From: Candidatus Aminicenantes bacterium
GTDB lineage: Bacteria > Acidobacteriota > Aminicenantia > UBA2199
Direction of reading: 5' to 3'
Length of the DNA: 64,000 nucleotides
Assembly: GCA_963732485.1 (NCBI GenBank)
Contig: CAVSZS010000003.1
Span: 278,087 to 342,086, forward strand
Shown here: positions 19,830 to 29,634 of the stretch, in pieces
Position numbering within the stretch: position 1 is the first letter of the stretch
Layout of the letters: every line of letters starts with the position of its first letter
The notes under the pieces: model-generated
What the model saw: only the letters and a program-made list of their open reading frames with translations
The model's database searches: none
What the model was told of the DNA's origin: nothing
Translations under genes and position numbers: made by a program

Positions 19830-20546
19830 TTATAGTCCTAAAAACTGAACTGCCAGCCCTGAAAGGAATATGGTGGCGCCGGCCATGGCGTGGGCGTAGC
19901 GCTCCAGGCGCCCCAGGCGCACGAAGCTCAGGCCCCAGGAGGAGAGGGAGATGATGGCCAGCATGGTGGCGATGGTGGCTACGGCGAAGACCGCGGCGAC
20001 GAGGACGACGCCGGCCATGCTGTGCTTGGCCGCCGGGTACATGATCAGCGGGATCAGCGGCTCGCAGGGGCCGAAAACGAAGAGGGTGAAGAGTATCCAG
20101 GGCGTGATGTTGGCTTTCGCCTTGCGTTCGTGAACATGAACGTGTTCGCTCTCGTGCTGGTGCAGGTGGTCGTGGACCGCGCCGTCGGCATGGGCGTGGG
20201 CGTGATTATGGGGGCGGTTCTTGAAGGCCCGGTGCAGCCCCCAGATGAGATAGGCGAAGCCGAAGCCGATGAACAGCCAGGCGGCGGCGTTGCCGCGCCA
20301 GGATTCGCTGGCCTCGAGCCGGTTGACGGCCAGGCCCAGGGCCAGGCCGATGAAGCCCAGCAGCACGGAGCTCATGACGTGGCCCAGGCCTGAGAAAAAA
20401 GCGATGGTCAGGGTTTTTCGCAGCGGCCATTGCCGGGCCTTGGCCATGGCGATGAAGGGCAGGTAGTGGTCGGGGCCGATCAGGGTGTGAAAGAAGCCCA
20501 GCGCCATCGCCGTCCCGGCCAGTATCCAGATTTCGTTGCTGATCAT
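19830..20546 (-). CDS. metal (Ni/Co-type) transporter with His-rich loop (NicO/RcnA-like membrane protein)
   Basis: 238 aa, about 6 TM segments, conserved HTLIGPDH in TM1 and a central loop HNHAHAHADGAVHDHLHQHESEHVHVHE. Family guess from these motifs only. Confidence 0.5.
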   Translation of the reverse strand: MISNEIWILAGTAMALGFFHTLIGPDHYLPFIAMAKARQWPLRKTLTIAFFSGLGHVMSSVLLGFIGLALGLAVNRLEASESWRGNAAAWLFIGFGFAYLIWGLHRAFKNRPHNHAHAHADGAVHDHLHQHESEHVHVHERKAKANITPWILFTLFVFGPCEPLIPLIMYPAAKHSMAGVVLVAAVFAVATIATMLAIISLSSWGLSFVRLGRLERYAHAMAGATIFLSGLAVQFLGL

Positions 20547-20614
20547 GGGCTGTCAGTTCTCCGTTGTATTTGCAGTCCGCATTATAGCATAAAATCCCGG
20601 GTCGCCGCAGCGGG

Positions 20615-21375
20615 CTATTGCTTCAGCGCCGCCTTGGAGAAAACGGCGTCGGGAATGGCGGCGTCGAACTCGATCTCATGGATGACGAATTCGGTCCCCC
20701 GGCCTTCCTTCATCGCGTCCTTGAAGCGGGCGCGATCGGGCACCCAGCGGCCGTCGAAGCGGCGCACGCTCTCCACCGTGGTGGTCTTGAGCAGCTTGCC
20801 GCCGCGGGCGAACAGCTCCTCCTTCAGGACGGTGAAGCGCTCGCGGTCCACCCACAGCCGCCGCCTGGGATAGGCGGCGTCGGCTTTCTTCGCCTCCAGG
20901 TCGAGGATGCGGCACGGCCGGCCCAGGAGCGTCTCCTCGCCGCTGAGCGCGGCCGCGTGGTTGCCCAGCAGGGTCGGGTCCTCCATCATGTCCTCGTAGG
21001 AGAGGTCGGAGCCCATGACCGACTGGCGCAGCATGTGGCCGGCGATGAGGATGATGCGATCACTGCCGGGGTAATAGGTCCATAACTGGTCGCCCAGCTT
21101 CAGCATCTTCGTTCCCCGTTCGCGTGGCGGGATCGAGGTACTCGGAGAACGACTTCTCCGTCCCGCGGATCCAGGACCTGATACGGACAGTGCGGCTGCC
21201 GCGGCGGCCGTGGATGATCATCTCCGAGAGAATCACCTTGCTGCCGGCGGCCCGGTTCTCGTCGATCTTTCTCAGGATGTCGTCGGGGCTTTCCACGGCG
21301 GCCCCGGCCGAGAGTCCGCCGCCGGCCAGGACCAAGACCATGAACGGGATGACGAACGCTGCCTGTTGCTTCATG
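20615..21375 (-). CDS. LolA-like outer-membrane lipoprotein-sorting fold protein (signal peptide), apparently split by a frameshift near 21118
   Basis: ATG at 21373-21375 with a GGAG RBS. Encodes signal peptide MKQQAAFVIPFMVLVLAGGGLSAGAA plus ...SEMIIHGRRGSRTVRIRSWIRGTEKSFSEYLDPA, then reads a stop. The +1 frame continues REREGTKMLKLGDQLWTYYPGSDRIILIAGHMLRQSVMGSDLSYEDMMED... to 20615. Together these reconstitute a typical ~250-aa LolA-like protein. Confidence 0.5.
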
Positions 21376-22646
21376 TTTCCAACTCCTTGAGCAGCCGCGA
21401 CGTCTGCCGCTTGAAGATGGCCCGGCCCGCCGTAGCCGCGCCGAGCACGGTGGCGGCCAGGCCCGGCAGGAACCCGATGACGTAGGTCGCTGCCGGTCAC
21501 CCGGGCGTGAAATCGCGTCGACATCAGCATGGAGGCGTTCCTCATCATGGCGCTGAAGTCCAGGCCGTGCTCCTGCACATAGAAGGCCAGGGCCAGCCCC
21601 AGGACCGTGCCGACAAAGGAGCCGACCAGGCCGATGACCGCCGCCTCGGCGATCAGCGAGCGGTATACCTGCCCCTTGGTTTCGCCCATGGCCAGGCGCA
21701 CGCCGATCTCGCCGTAGCGGCGGATGTTGCCCATGAGGCCGGCGTTCCACAGCACGATGAACATGGCGACTAGAAAAACGACCACGATGATGCCCAGCAT
21801 GGCATCCACCCAGCCCAGCATCTGGCCCATGCCGCTCATGGCGATCAGGGTCTCCATGCGCGGTGCGAAGGGATCCTCCACTGCCGCGAAAAGACCGTTG
21901 AAGCGCCGCGCCTCGGCTTCGGCCATTTCGCGATCGTAAAAGCCGGCACGAAAGAAGCCGACGATCTCGGCGGCGGCGTCGTCCATGTCCAGCGCGGCGC
22001 GGGCGTCGGCGAGGTCCACGATCATCATGCCGCGGTCCATGGCCGGCGCGCCGAAACGGAAGGTGCCGGCGACGATGAAGTTCTTCGTGGCCATGCCGCC
22101 ATGCATGGTGCTGGCGATCAGGGTGGCAGTGGCGCCGGGCCCGATCCCCAGGTTGGCGGCGAACTCGTCCGCCAGCAGGACCTCCCCCGGCTTGCGCGGC
22201 AGGGCGCCCCTGACCAGCGCCGGCTCCAGGTCGAGGATGCCCGGTTCCGGCGAAGCGCCGGAAAACAGGTCGACGGCCAGGCCGCCCACCGGGCCCTGGG
22301 CCCGGGTCTCGCCGTTCGCGTCGGGCACGTCGAGCAGTCCGGCGAAGCGGATGCGCGGCGTCCATGAGAAGGCGGGAAAATCCCGGCGCAGGCGCTCCAT
22401 GAGTTCGGCGGTCCCGGTCAGGGCCGCGTCGTTTGGCAGCTGGTCTCGCTCGTCCGCGTAGGCCCTGCTCATGACCGCCACGTGCCCCGAGCCCAGGCGG
22501 GCGCTGGTTCCCAGGAAGCCGACCGCGAAGCCCTTGATCCAGGCGAACATGACCACTGTCAGCATGACGCCGAACACGACCGTGAGCAGCGGGAACAGGC
22601 TGCGCGAGCGGTCGCGCCATAATCCCAGGCAGAGGAAGCGGATCAT
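21372..22646 (-). CDS. ABC transporter permease, FtsX/MacB/LolE family; C-terminal frameshift near 21495
   Basis: ORF 21060..22856 trimmed to ATG 22644-22646 (MIRFLCLGLWRDRSRSL...), which overlaps the upstream stop (ATGA). After ...ASMLMSTRFHARVTGSD the frame becomes Arg/Gly/Pro junk. The +1 frame reads YVIGFLPGLAATVLGAATAGRAIFKRQTSRLLKELET* (a plausible final TM plus tail) and ends by overlapping the next ATG. Confidence 0.55.
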
Positions 22647-23815
22647 GACAGCCTCCCGCGCAGGGCGTCGGTGGGCTTGAGGCGGGCAATACGCCGCGTG
22701 GGCAGCAGGCTGACCAAGGTCGTCACCAGCATGGAGACCAGGACGATGCCCAGGATGAGCCCGACACTGTAGGCCGGGTAGATCCTTTCGCCGATGGAAA
22801 TTCCCATGTCCTCGGTGCCGGCGGGTACGGGGAATCCGACCCGGGCCTGCAGCCACAGCAGCGGCAGGCCGTACAGCATCCCCAGGATGACGGCCAGGAC
22901 CCCGTGCAGGGCGCCTTCCAGGGTAAAGAGCCGGACAACCTGTCCGCGGGTGAAGCCCAGGGCGACCAGGGTGCCGATCTCGCGGCGGCGGCGAAAGATG
23001 GCCAGTACCTGGGTGTCGAAGATAGCCAGCATGCCCAGCGAAAGGAAAATGATCAGGAAGACCGTGCGGCCATAGCTCTTGGCCTTGACCAGTTCGCGCA
23101 GATCGCGCAGCAGGTAGTCGACGTCGCGGAAAGTCCAGCCCGGCAGCGCTCCCGGGGGCTTCGTGCCGCGGGCCAGGACCACCAAGGTGGCTTCGTGCGG
23201 CAAGCGCGCCATGGCCTGCAGCCGGTCCAGCGGCAGCCAGGCCTGGTTGCTGTCGATGGCGGCGACCGTCGTCTTCATGACGTGGGCGACTCGGGCATCC
23301 TGGGCGTTGAACGCCCCGCCCGGCTCGCGCCAGCGCAGCGTGATCGCGTCACCTGTGGCGAGCCCGGCTGCCTTGGCGAAACGGCCGCCGATGAGGGCCG
23401 GCAGATCGTTGCCGGCAGCGGCCATTTCCGCGGTCGGGAAATCCAGGACGCGCTGCCCGGGGTCGATGCCCTTGAGCAGGATGGAGCGCATGCGGCCGCG
23501 CGGGTAGATGCTCCCCTGCAGGATCAGCACGGCAGCGGCCCGGCTGTTGGCGACCATTGTCTGCAGGGCCGGGGGCAGCGGCGCGTGAGCCTCCTCCAGG
23601 GTCAACGGGTCGTAGGGGTCGTATTTTTCCTGCCAATACTGGCCGCCGCCGAACTCGATGGCCTGGGCGGCCCGGGCGGCCTGCTCGTCCATGCCTGAGA
23701 CCAGCCCCTGGTTCCAGGTCGCGACCACCAGGGCGATGGAGATGATAAGGGCGTTGAGCCAGGCGCGGATGCCGGTGCCCAGCACGTTGCGCAGGGCCAG
23801 GCGCAGGGTCAGCAT
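22643..23815 (-). CDS. ABC transporter permease, FtsX/MacB/LolC family
   Basis: 390 aa with an N-terminal TM, a large periplasmic domain and a C-terminal FtsX 3-TM bundle (...FLSLGMLAIFDTQVLAIFRRRREIGTLVALGFTRGQV...). Confidence 0.7.
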   Translation of the reverse strand: MLTLRLALRNVLGTGIRAWLNALIISIALVVATWNQGLVSGMDEQAARAAQAIEFGGGQYWQEKYDPYDPLTLEEAHAPLPPALQTMVANSRAAAVLILQGSIYPRGRMRSILLKGIDPGQRVLDFPTAEMAAAGNDLPALIGGRFAKAAGLATGDAITLRWREPGGAFNAQDARVAHVMKTTVAAIDSNQAWLPLDRLQAMARLPHEATLVVLARGTKPPGALPGWTFRDVDYLLRDLRELVKAKSYGRTVFLIIFLSLGMLAIFDTQVLAIFRRRREIGTLVALGFTRGQVVRLFTLEGALHGVLAVILGMLYGLPLLWLQARVGFPVPAGTEDMGISIGERIYPAYSVGLILGIVLVSMLVTTLVSLLPTRRIARLKPTDALRGRLS

Positions 23816-24534
23816 GGCTCCGTCCCCGGCTTGTTCTGCGGGCCGCAGCTCTCGTCCCGGGCGACCCGGCCGTCGACCAGGGTGATCTTGCGCCGCAGGT
23901 AGCCGATCACTTTTTCGTCGTGGGTGGCGAACAGGAAAGAGGTGGCCAACTGGCGGTTCAACTTTTCCATGGTCTTGAGGATATGGTGGGAGTTCTCGGC
24001 GTCCAGGTTGGCGGTGGGCTCATCGGCCAGCAGCAGCGGCGGGCGCTTGACCATGGCCCGGGCGATGGCCACGCGCTGGCTTTCGCCGCCCGACAGCTGC
24101 GACGGCCGCGAATTGGCCCGGTCAGCCAGTCCCACCCATTCCAGGGCGTCCATGACCATTTTCTTGCGCTGCGGCGCGGATGTTTTCAGCAGCAACAGCG
24201 GGAACTCAACGTTCTCGTAGGCGGTATAGACCGGCAGCAGGTTGAAGGTCTGGAATATGAAGCCGATGGAGCGGTTGCGCAGCCAGGCGGACTCGCGGTG
24301 CGAGAGGGTCTCCACCTTGCGGCCCAGCACGTCGGCGCTGCCCGAGGTGGGAACGTCCAGGGTGCCGACGATGTTCAAGAAGGTGGTCTTGCCCGAGCCG
24401 CTGGGACCGACCAGCCCGGCAAATTCCCCGGTCTTGAAGCTCAGGGTCACCTGGTTCAGCGCCGTGACCTGCGCTGAGCCCATGGGGAAGATCTTGACCA
24501 GATTTTCGGTTCGGATCAGTTGTTCAGCGGCCAT
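23809..24534 (-). CDS. ABC transporter ATP-binding protein (LolD/MacB-type)
   Basis: Walker A GPSGSGKTT, Q-loop, signature LSGGESQRVAIARAM, Walker B LLLADEPTANLD, H-loop. Confidence 0.85.
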   Translation of the reverse strand: MAAEQLIRTENLVKIFPMGSAQVTALNQVTLSFKTGEFAGLVGPSGSGKTTFLNIVGTLDVPTSGSADVLGRKVETLSHRESAWLRNRSIGFIFQTFNLLPVYTAYENVEFPLLLLKTSAPQRKKMVMDALEWVGLADRANSRPSQLSGGESQRVAIARAMVKRPPLLLADEPTANLDAENSHHILKTMEKLNRQLATSFLFATHDEKVIGYLRRKITLVDGRVARDESCGPQNKPGTEPC

Positions 24535-24555
24535 TTTCGCCTCCGTTGCCTTGTA

Positions 24556-25710
24556 TCATAAGTTCCATACCGCCAGCAGCTGCACGCCCCTGCCGACGAA
24601 CATGCCGGCGGTGGACAGGTTCTGCGGACCGGCGGCCTGTCCGGGGTTCCAGAAAACCATCACGTGGAACTGCCAGTGATCGGTGGTCCGCTGCCAGCTG
24701 ACGAAATTATATGCCTTTTGGCCGCGCCAGTCGAAATAAACGATCGCGCTGAGGCTGTCCAGCAGCCCCAGCGGGTAGCGGGCGAGCAGGCCTGAGAAAG
24801 TGAGGCCGCCGCCCGCTGTCGCCAGCGGCGTCGCGACCGCCTGGGAAAAGAACTGCTCCGCCAGCAGGTAAAGGCCGTTGCCCAGGGCAAAGGTATAATC
24901 GACTCCCGCGGCCAGCGAGCGCTGCCAGGACAAGGGCGAGGTGCCCGCGAGGGGAACATTAAGGATCGGGCGGTCCTGATGGACGAATGCGCCCTCGACC
25001 CAGAGCCCGACGCCGACGTCCCATTTGCCGTCCAGGGCGAAGCGGCTCTCTCCGGCCGCCGGGCCGGCTGGATCGCCCGTGATGGCAATGCGGCGGAAGT
25101 GGACCGTGGCCGCCGCTTCCCCGGAGAAAATGGGCACCTGGAAGCGGCCGCCGAATTCAGGGGTGCGCCGCGCCGTGGGCAGCGTCTCCCAACCCTTGCG
25201 ATCGTTGTTGCCGTACAGCCCCCACAGCCAGGCGTTGGCGTTGTTTCTGAAATAATAGCGCAGCAGCAGCCCCCAGGCGCCGTCGGTGAGTTGCAGCGGG
25301 TCGCGCGGGTCGATGCTGTCGAACCACATCAGGGGGCGAAAGACCGTTGCCGAGCCGAAGTTGAGCTTCTGCAGTCCCAGGCGCGCTTCAAAGCGCTGCG
25401 TGGAGAGGCGCAGCCACAGCCGGTAGGGCCGGAACTCGCCGTCGAGGGCCGGGTCGCTCCAGGCGGGGGCCGATCCGGACGCGGCGGCGGCCAGGGAAAA
25501 TTCGCTGTCGAGCTTCCAGCCGCTGCCGATCTCCCTGGCCAGCGACACGGCCGGCTGCCAGCGCAGGCCGAAGCGGGGCGTCGAAGGCAAGCCATCGTTC
25601 AGCGACAGCCAGCCGCTCCATTGGCTGCTGAATTCCGTCTCCACTCCCGGCAGGGGAGCGCGCAGACCGGCGGCCAGTATCAGGGCGGCGAGCAGCAGGC
25701 GTCGTTTCAT
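24556..25710 (-). CDS. hypothetical exported protein, probable outer-membrane beta-barrel
   Basis: ORF trimmed to MKRRLLLAALILAAGLRAPLPG (signal peptide) at 25708-25710. Has alternating amphipathic beta-strand patterns rich in aromatics. First gene of the ABC operon. No motif recognised. Confidence 0.4.
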   Translation of the reverse strand: MKRRLLLAALILAAGLRAPLPGVETEFSSQWSGWLSLNDGLPSTPRFGLRWQPAVSLAREIGSGWKLDSEFSLAAAASGSAPAWSDPALDGEFRPYRLWLRLSTQRFEARLGLQKLNFGSATVFRPLMWFDSIDPRDPLQLTDGAWGLLLRYYFRNNANAWLWGLYGNNDRKGWETLPTARRTPEFGGRFQVPIFSGEAAATVHFRRIAITGDPAGPAAGESRFALDGKWDVGVGLWVEGAFVHQDRPILNVPLAGTSPLSWQRSLAAGVDYTFALGNGLYLLAEQFFSQAVATPLATAGGGLTFSGLLARYPLGLLDSLSAIVYFDWRGQKAYNFVSWQRTTDHWQFHVMVFWNPGQAAGPQNLSTAGMFVGRGVQLLAVWNL

Positions 25711-26501
25711 TTTTTGCTTACTCCGCTGGCCGGGCGCGCCGCCTGCCATAGCGCGACGAAGCGTTCCGGCGCCAGCTGCTCGGCGCGGGCGCTGACGGGC
25801 AATCCGCAGGCGGCAAACGCGGCGGCCAGGGCGTCTTTGGCGATGTGGGGCGCCAGGTTGTTGCCCAGGGTCTTGCGGCGCTCGGCGAAGCACCATTTTA
25901 CGAACCGGTAGAATTCATCCGCCGCGGACGCGTGCGAGAAGTCCGCGGGCCGCGCGGCGATCACGGTGGACATGATGCGCGGTGCCGGAGTGAAGGCGCC
26001 GGCCGAGACATGAAAGCAGCGGCGCACCTGAAAAAGCAGCTGGAACAGCACCGACTGGGCGTTGTATTTTTTGCCCCCCGGCACGGCGAGGATCTTGTCG
26101 ACGAAATCCTTCTGCAGCATCAGCACCGCGGCGCTGATCCGGCCGTGCTGGGCGATCGACCAGTCGATCAGTTCCTTGGAGATGTGGTAGGGCAGGTTGC
26201 CGATCACGGCGACACGTTCTGCGCCGTAGAGCGCCGCCAGGTCGATCTCCAGGATGTTTTCCTGGATGATCCGCGGACCGTCGCCAAAGCGCTCGCGCAG
26301 CGCATTGGCGAGGAAGCGGTCGATCTCCACCAATGTAACCCGCTCGTCGGGGACATTCTGCAGCAGCAACGCGCTGAGGATCCCCGGGCCGGACCCAATC
26401 TCTAAAACCAATCCCGTCTGCGGCAGAAAGGCGTTGATGATTTTGGCGGCGATGTTCTTGTCGTGCAGGAAGTTCTGGCCGAGTTTTGCTGACGCTGGCA
26501 T
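25707..26501 (-). CDS. rsmA: 16S rRNA (adenine1518/1519-N6)-dimethyltransferase
   Basis: MPASAKLGQNFLHDKNIAAKII...VLEIGSGPGILS...IGNLPYHIS are classic KsgA motifs. Start trimmed to ATG 26499-26501. Confidence 0.8.
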   Translation of the reverse strand: MPASAKLGQNFLHDKNIAAKIINAFLPQTGLVLEIGSGPGILSALLLQNVPDERVTLVEIDRFLANALRERFGDGPRIIQENILEIDLAALYGAERVAVIGNLPYHISKELIDWSIAQHGRISAAVLMLQKDFVDKILAVPGGKKYNAQSVLFQLLFQVRRCFHVSAGAFTPAPRIMSTVIAARPADFSHASAADEFYRFVKWCFAERRKTLGNNLAPHIAKDALAAAFAACGLPVSARAEQLAPERFVALWQAARPASGVSKK

Positions 26502-26644
26502 GCGAGGATTATAGGCGCTGCCGGGGAAATTTCCAACTGCCCGGCTTTTGCTTGACTTCCCGGCCATTCAACCCTAGAATCGATCCGGGAAAAAACGTTT
26601 TTCCCCGTGAGAAAATCCACCATTTCCGGCTTCAGCGAGGGGGC

Positions 26645-27562
26645 ATGGCTACAGCCGTTTGCATACGTGACCGCGACGATTGGGGAGCGAACACGGACAA
26701 CATGGTCGTGGTTGCCCCGGCCAGTCGGCCTGACAGGGTCCTGGTTGCGATTTTGCGCAGGCTGCGCGACTGGCTGCTTGGCACTGTTCTGGCGATTCCT
26801 TCGGGGAGCGGCATGCCCGGCGCGCGCTGCGTGCGGCTGCTCGCGGTGGTCGCGGTGCATAACGAGATGGCCTTCCTGCCGGGATTCCTGGCCAACGTGG
26901 CTCCGCATGTCGACGGCATCGTGGCCCTTGATGACGGCTCGACCGACGGCAGCCCCGACCTGCTGCAGGCGAACCCATCCGTCCTGGAAGTGCTGCGCGT
27001 CCCTGCCGGCAGGCCGTTCTGGGATGAAGTGGGTAATTTCAAGAATCTGCACAAGACCGCGCTGCGCCACGGGGCCGAATGGATCATCGCCCTGGATGCC
27101 GACGAGCGATTGGAGTGCCAATTCCGCGAGCGTGCCGAGCGGGTCATCCGCCGCGGGCGGCGGTTCGGTCTGGCCGCCTTCACCGTGAAACTGCGCGAAC
27201 TCTGGGATGCGGTCGACATGTACCGCTGTGACGGCTTGTGGGGCCGGAAACGAGTGCCGCGGCTGTTCGCTGCCCTGGCCGACCACCGCTTCGATTGCCG
27301 GCCGCTGCATGCCGAGAAGGCGCCGCTGCAGGCCCGCGTTGCCGGACATTACATCGGCGCCGACCTGGAGATCTATCACCTGCGCTCCCAGCGCCCCGAG
27401 GATCGCGCGGCCCGGCGCGACCGCTACAAGGCACTGGATCCCGACGCCATCTGGCAGCCGGGCATCGGTTACGACTATCTCACGGACGAGCGCCGACTGC
27501 GCCGGTGTCGCATCGCCGCCCGGCGCATGTACCTGGAGACCGCAAGTGGCCGCCGGGATTGA
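26645..27562 (+). CDS. glycosyltransferase family 2
   Basis: RLLAVVAVHNEMAFLPGFLANVAPHVDGIVALDDGSTDGS ... IIALDADERL. Start chosen at ATG 26645 by alignment with the paralog 28806..29603, so the start is uncertain. Confidence 0.6.
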   Translation: MATAVCIRDRDDWGANTDNMVVVAPASRPDRVLVAILRRLRDWLLGTVLAIPSGSGMPGARCVRLLAVVAVHNEMAFLPGFLANVAPHVDGIVALDDGSTDGSPDLLQANPSVLEVLRVPAGRPFWDEVGNFKNLHKTALRHGAEWIIALDADERLECQFRERAERVIRRGRRFGLAAFTVKLRELWDAVDMYRCDGLWGRKRVPRLFAALADHRFDCRPLHAEKAPLQARVAGHYIGADLEIYHLRSQRPEDRAARRDRYKALDPDAIWQPGIGYDYLTDERRLRRCRIAARRMYLETASGRRD

Positions 27563-27593
27563 TTCCGGCCCGCCCATGCCCTGTCCCGGCGCC

Positions 27594-28766
27594 ATGAACG
27601 TCCTGGTGATCGGCAACTATTTTGACCGCGACGGCCTGACGTCCAAGGTGCTGAGCGAAGGCAGGTATCTCGCCCCCCTGGGCGTGCGCCTGGTGATCGT
27701 CGTGCCCAAGAACCCCTTCGCCAGAGCGGGCGCCGCTGCCAAGCTCCGGGCGCTGGGCTACACGTTCTATTGCGCCCTGACCCATTTCCGTGTCATCTAC
27801 TTTTTCTTCCCGTTCACCGTCCTGCGCCTGAACCGCATCATGCGCCGGGAAAAGATCGACCTGCTGCACGTGAACCACGGAAAGACCTTGTTGCTGGGGG
27901 CGATCCTGAGCTGGCTGCGCAAGGTCCCGCTGGTTTACACCATCCACGGCGTAAGCCGTCGCGAGCTGCCGCGGGTGGGGAAGAACCTGCTGTTCCGCCG
28001 CGTCTCCCGCGTGCTTCCGGTCTCCGAGGAGAGCGCCGCTTTCTTTGCCAGCCGGGTGCGCTTCCCGGCGGAGCGCGTCGTCGTCCTGCGCAACGCCATC
28101 GATTTTTCGCATTTCGCCCCCGGGGCGGGGAGCCCAGGCAACGGGCTCGACCTTCTCTACCTCTCGCGTCTTGACCAGGACAAGCGCGCGGCGGTGGAAG
28201 CCGCCATGGGCGCCATGGCTCTGATCGCTTCCGACCGGTCGCAGCCCCGGTTGCGTATCCTGGGCGACGGCCGCCAATGCGCCGCGGTCATGAAGAAAGC
28301 GCGGATGATCAATGATCGCCTGGGCCGGGAGGCGATCGTCGTCGAGGGCTGGGCGGAAGATCCGGCGCCGCACATGCGCAAGGCCGCTGCCGTGCTGGGG
28401 GTGGGGCGCTGCGTGCTGGAGGCCATCGCCGCCGGCCGGCCGGTCCTGGTCTTGGGCAATGAGGAGATTGGGGGGCTGGTCACGGAGTCGAATTTCTTCA
28501 GCCTGCAAAAAGCGAATTTTTCAGGGCGCGGGGCTGGTGTGGTCACTTCCAGCGACAACCTGCTGCGGGAACTGCGGCGGCTGTCCGCAACGGCAGCGGG
28601 CAGCGCGGCACTCCGCACACTGGCCCGCGCTGATCATGACGCTGCCAGGATAGCGCCTGCCATCAAGGATATCTTTCAGCAGGCGATCCTGTCTTCATCG
28701 CGGCACCCCGATGCCGGGGCGGCCTTGCCGGGATCCAATGTTCCTTCCGGGCATGAAAACCCGTGA
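27594..28766 (+). CDS. glycosyltransferase family 1 (GT4-like)
   Basis: ORF 27207..28766 trimmed to MNVLVIGNYFDRDGLTSKVL at ATG 27594. GT-B fold with an EX7E-region analogue (AVLGVGRCVLEAIAAGRPVLVLGNEEIGGLV). Confidence 0.65.
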   Translation: MNVLVIGNYFDRDGLTSKVLSEGRYLAPLGVRLVIVVPKNPFARAGAAAKLRALGYTFYCALTHFRVIYFFFPFTVLRLNRIMRREKIDLLHVNHGKTLLLGAILSWLRKVPLVYTIHGVSRRELPRVGKNLLFRRVSRVLPVSEESAAFFASRVRFPAERVVVLRNAIDFSHFAPGAGSPGNGLDLLYLSRLDQDKRAAVEAAMGAMALIASDRSQPRLRILGDGRQCAAVMKKARMINDRLGREAIVVEGWAEDPAPHMRKAAAVLGVGRCVLEAIAAGRPVLVLGNEEIGGLVTESNFFSLQKANFSGRGAGVVTSSDNLLRELRRLSATAAGSAALRTLARADHDAARIAPAIKDIFQQAILSSSRHPDAGAALPGSNVPSGHENP

Positions 28767-28805
28767 GGCGGGCGCCGGAAGCAGAGCGTACGCTCAGGCC
28801 TCCGT

Positions 28806-29603
28806 TCACTCCTCGTATCCCCGTTTCCGGGGAACGGGACACAGGCGCAGACCCGTCTCGTCTGTGAGATAGGCATAGCCTATTCCAGGTTGGTAACGGG
28901 CCTGGGGATCGAACTGCTCATTGCGCCGGCGGCGGGCTTCCCGATCCTGGCGCTGAACCATGCGCAAATGGTAGACGATGAGATCGGCGATGGGGAAGGA
29001 GCCGCGGAATTTCCCCTGCAACGGGGCCTTGGCGCCATGGATAGGGCGTTCATCGAACTGGTGGTCGGCCAGTGCCCGGAAGAAGCGCGGCTGGGTTTTC
29101 CGCCCCCAGATGCCGTCGACGCGGAAGGCGTGCGGCGAATCCCACAGTTCGCGAAAATGGATCCCGAAAGCCGTCAGGCCGATCGAGGAGCCTCTGCGGA
29201 TCACCCGCTCGGCCCGGGTCCTGAATTCGCGCTCCAGCCGCTCGTCGGCGTCAACGGCGATGATCCATTCGGCTCCGTGGCGCAATGCGGCTTCGACCAG
29301 ACGGCGGTGATTGCCCGGTTGATCCCAGTGGGGACGTTCCGCCGGGTTGCGCAGCAGCTCCAGCACCATGGGCGACGCGGCCAGCAGGAGATCGCTGCCA
29401 TCGCTGGAGCCGTCGTCCAGGGCGATGATGCCGTCGACGTGGGGCGCCACATTGCGCAGCAGCCCGGGAAGGAAGCGGATCTCGTTGCGGACCATCAGCG
29501 TTGCCAGAATCCGGGTGCGCCGGCGCGGTCCCGCGCCCGGGACCAGTTTTCGCGAAGGCACGTGCCGCCGGCAGCCCAGCCAGGTTTTCCAGAAGGTTTT
29601 CAT
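28806..29603 (-). CDS. glycosyltransferase family 2 (paralog of 26645..27562, convergent)
   Basis: ILATLMVRNEIRFLPGLLRNVAPHVDGIIALDDGSSDGS ... IIAVDADERLE. Roughly half identical to the plus-strand GT2 along its whole length. Confidence 0.6.
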   Translation of the reverse strand: MKTFWKTWLGCRRHVPSRKLVPGAGPRRRTRILATLMVRNEIRFLPGLLRNVAPHVDGIIALDDGSSDGSDLLLAASPMVLELLRNPAERPHWDQPGNHRRLVEAALRHGAEWIIAVDADERLEREFRTRAERVIRRGSSIGLTAFGIHFRELWDSPHAFRVDGIWGRKTQPRFFRALADHQFDERPIHGAKAPLQGKFRGSFPIADLIVYHLRMVQRQDREARRRRNEQFDPQARYQPGIGYAYLTDETGLRLCPVPRKRGYEE

Positions 29604-29634
29604 CGCGCGCTCGCGCTCTCGTCGGGCCAAGGGG

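Noticed and set aside
19724-19830. Possible TPP riboswitch upstream of thiM (and 17640-17767 upstream of thiE)
   Set aside because: Neither region contains the conserved CTGAGA / ACCTGATCTGGATAATGCCAGCG-type THI-box elements. The thiM leader is instead occupied by the heptamer inverted repeat.
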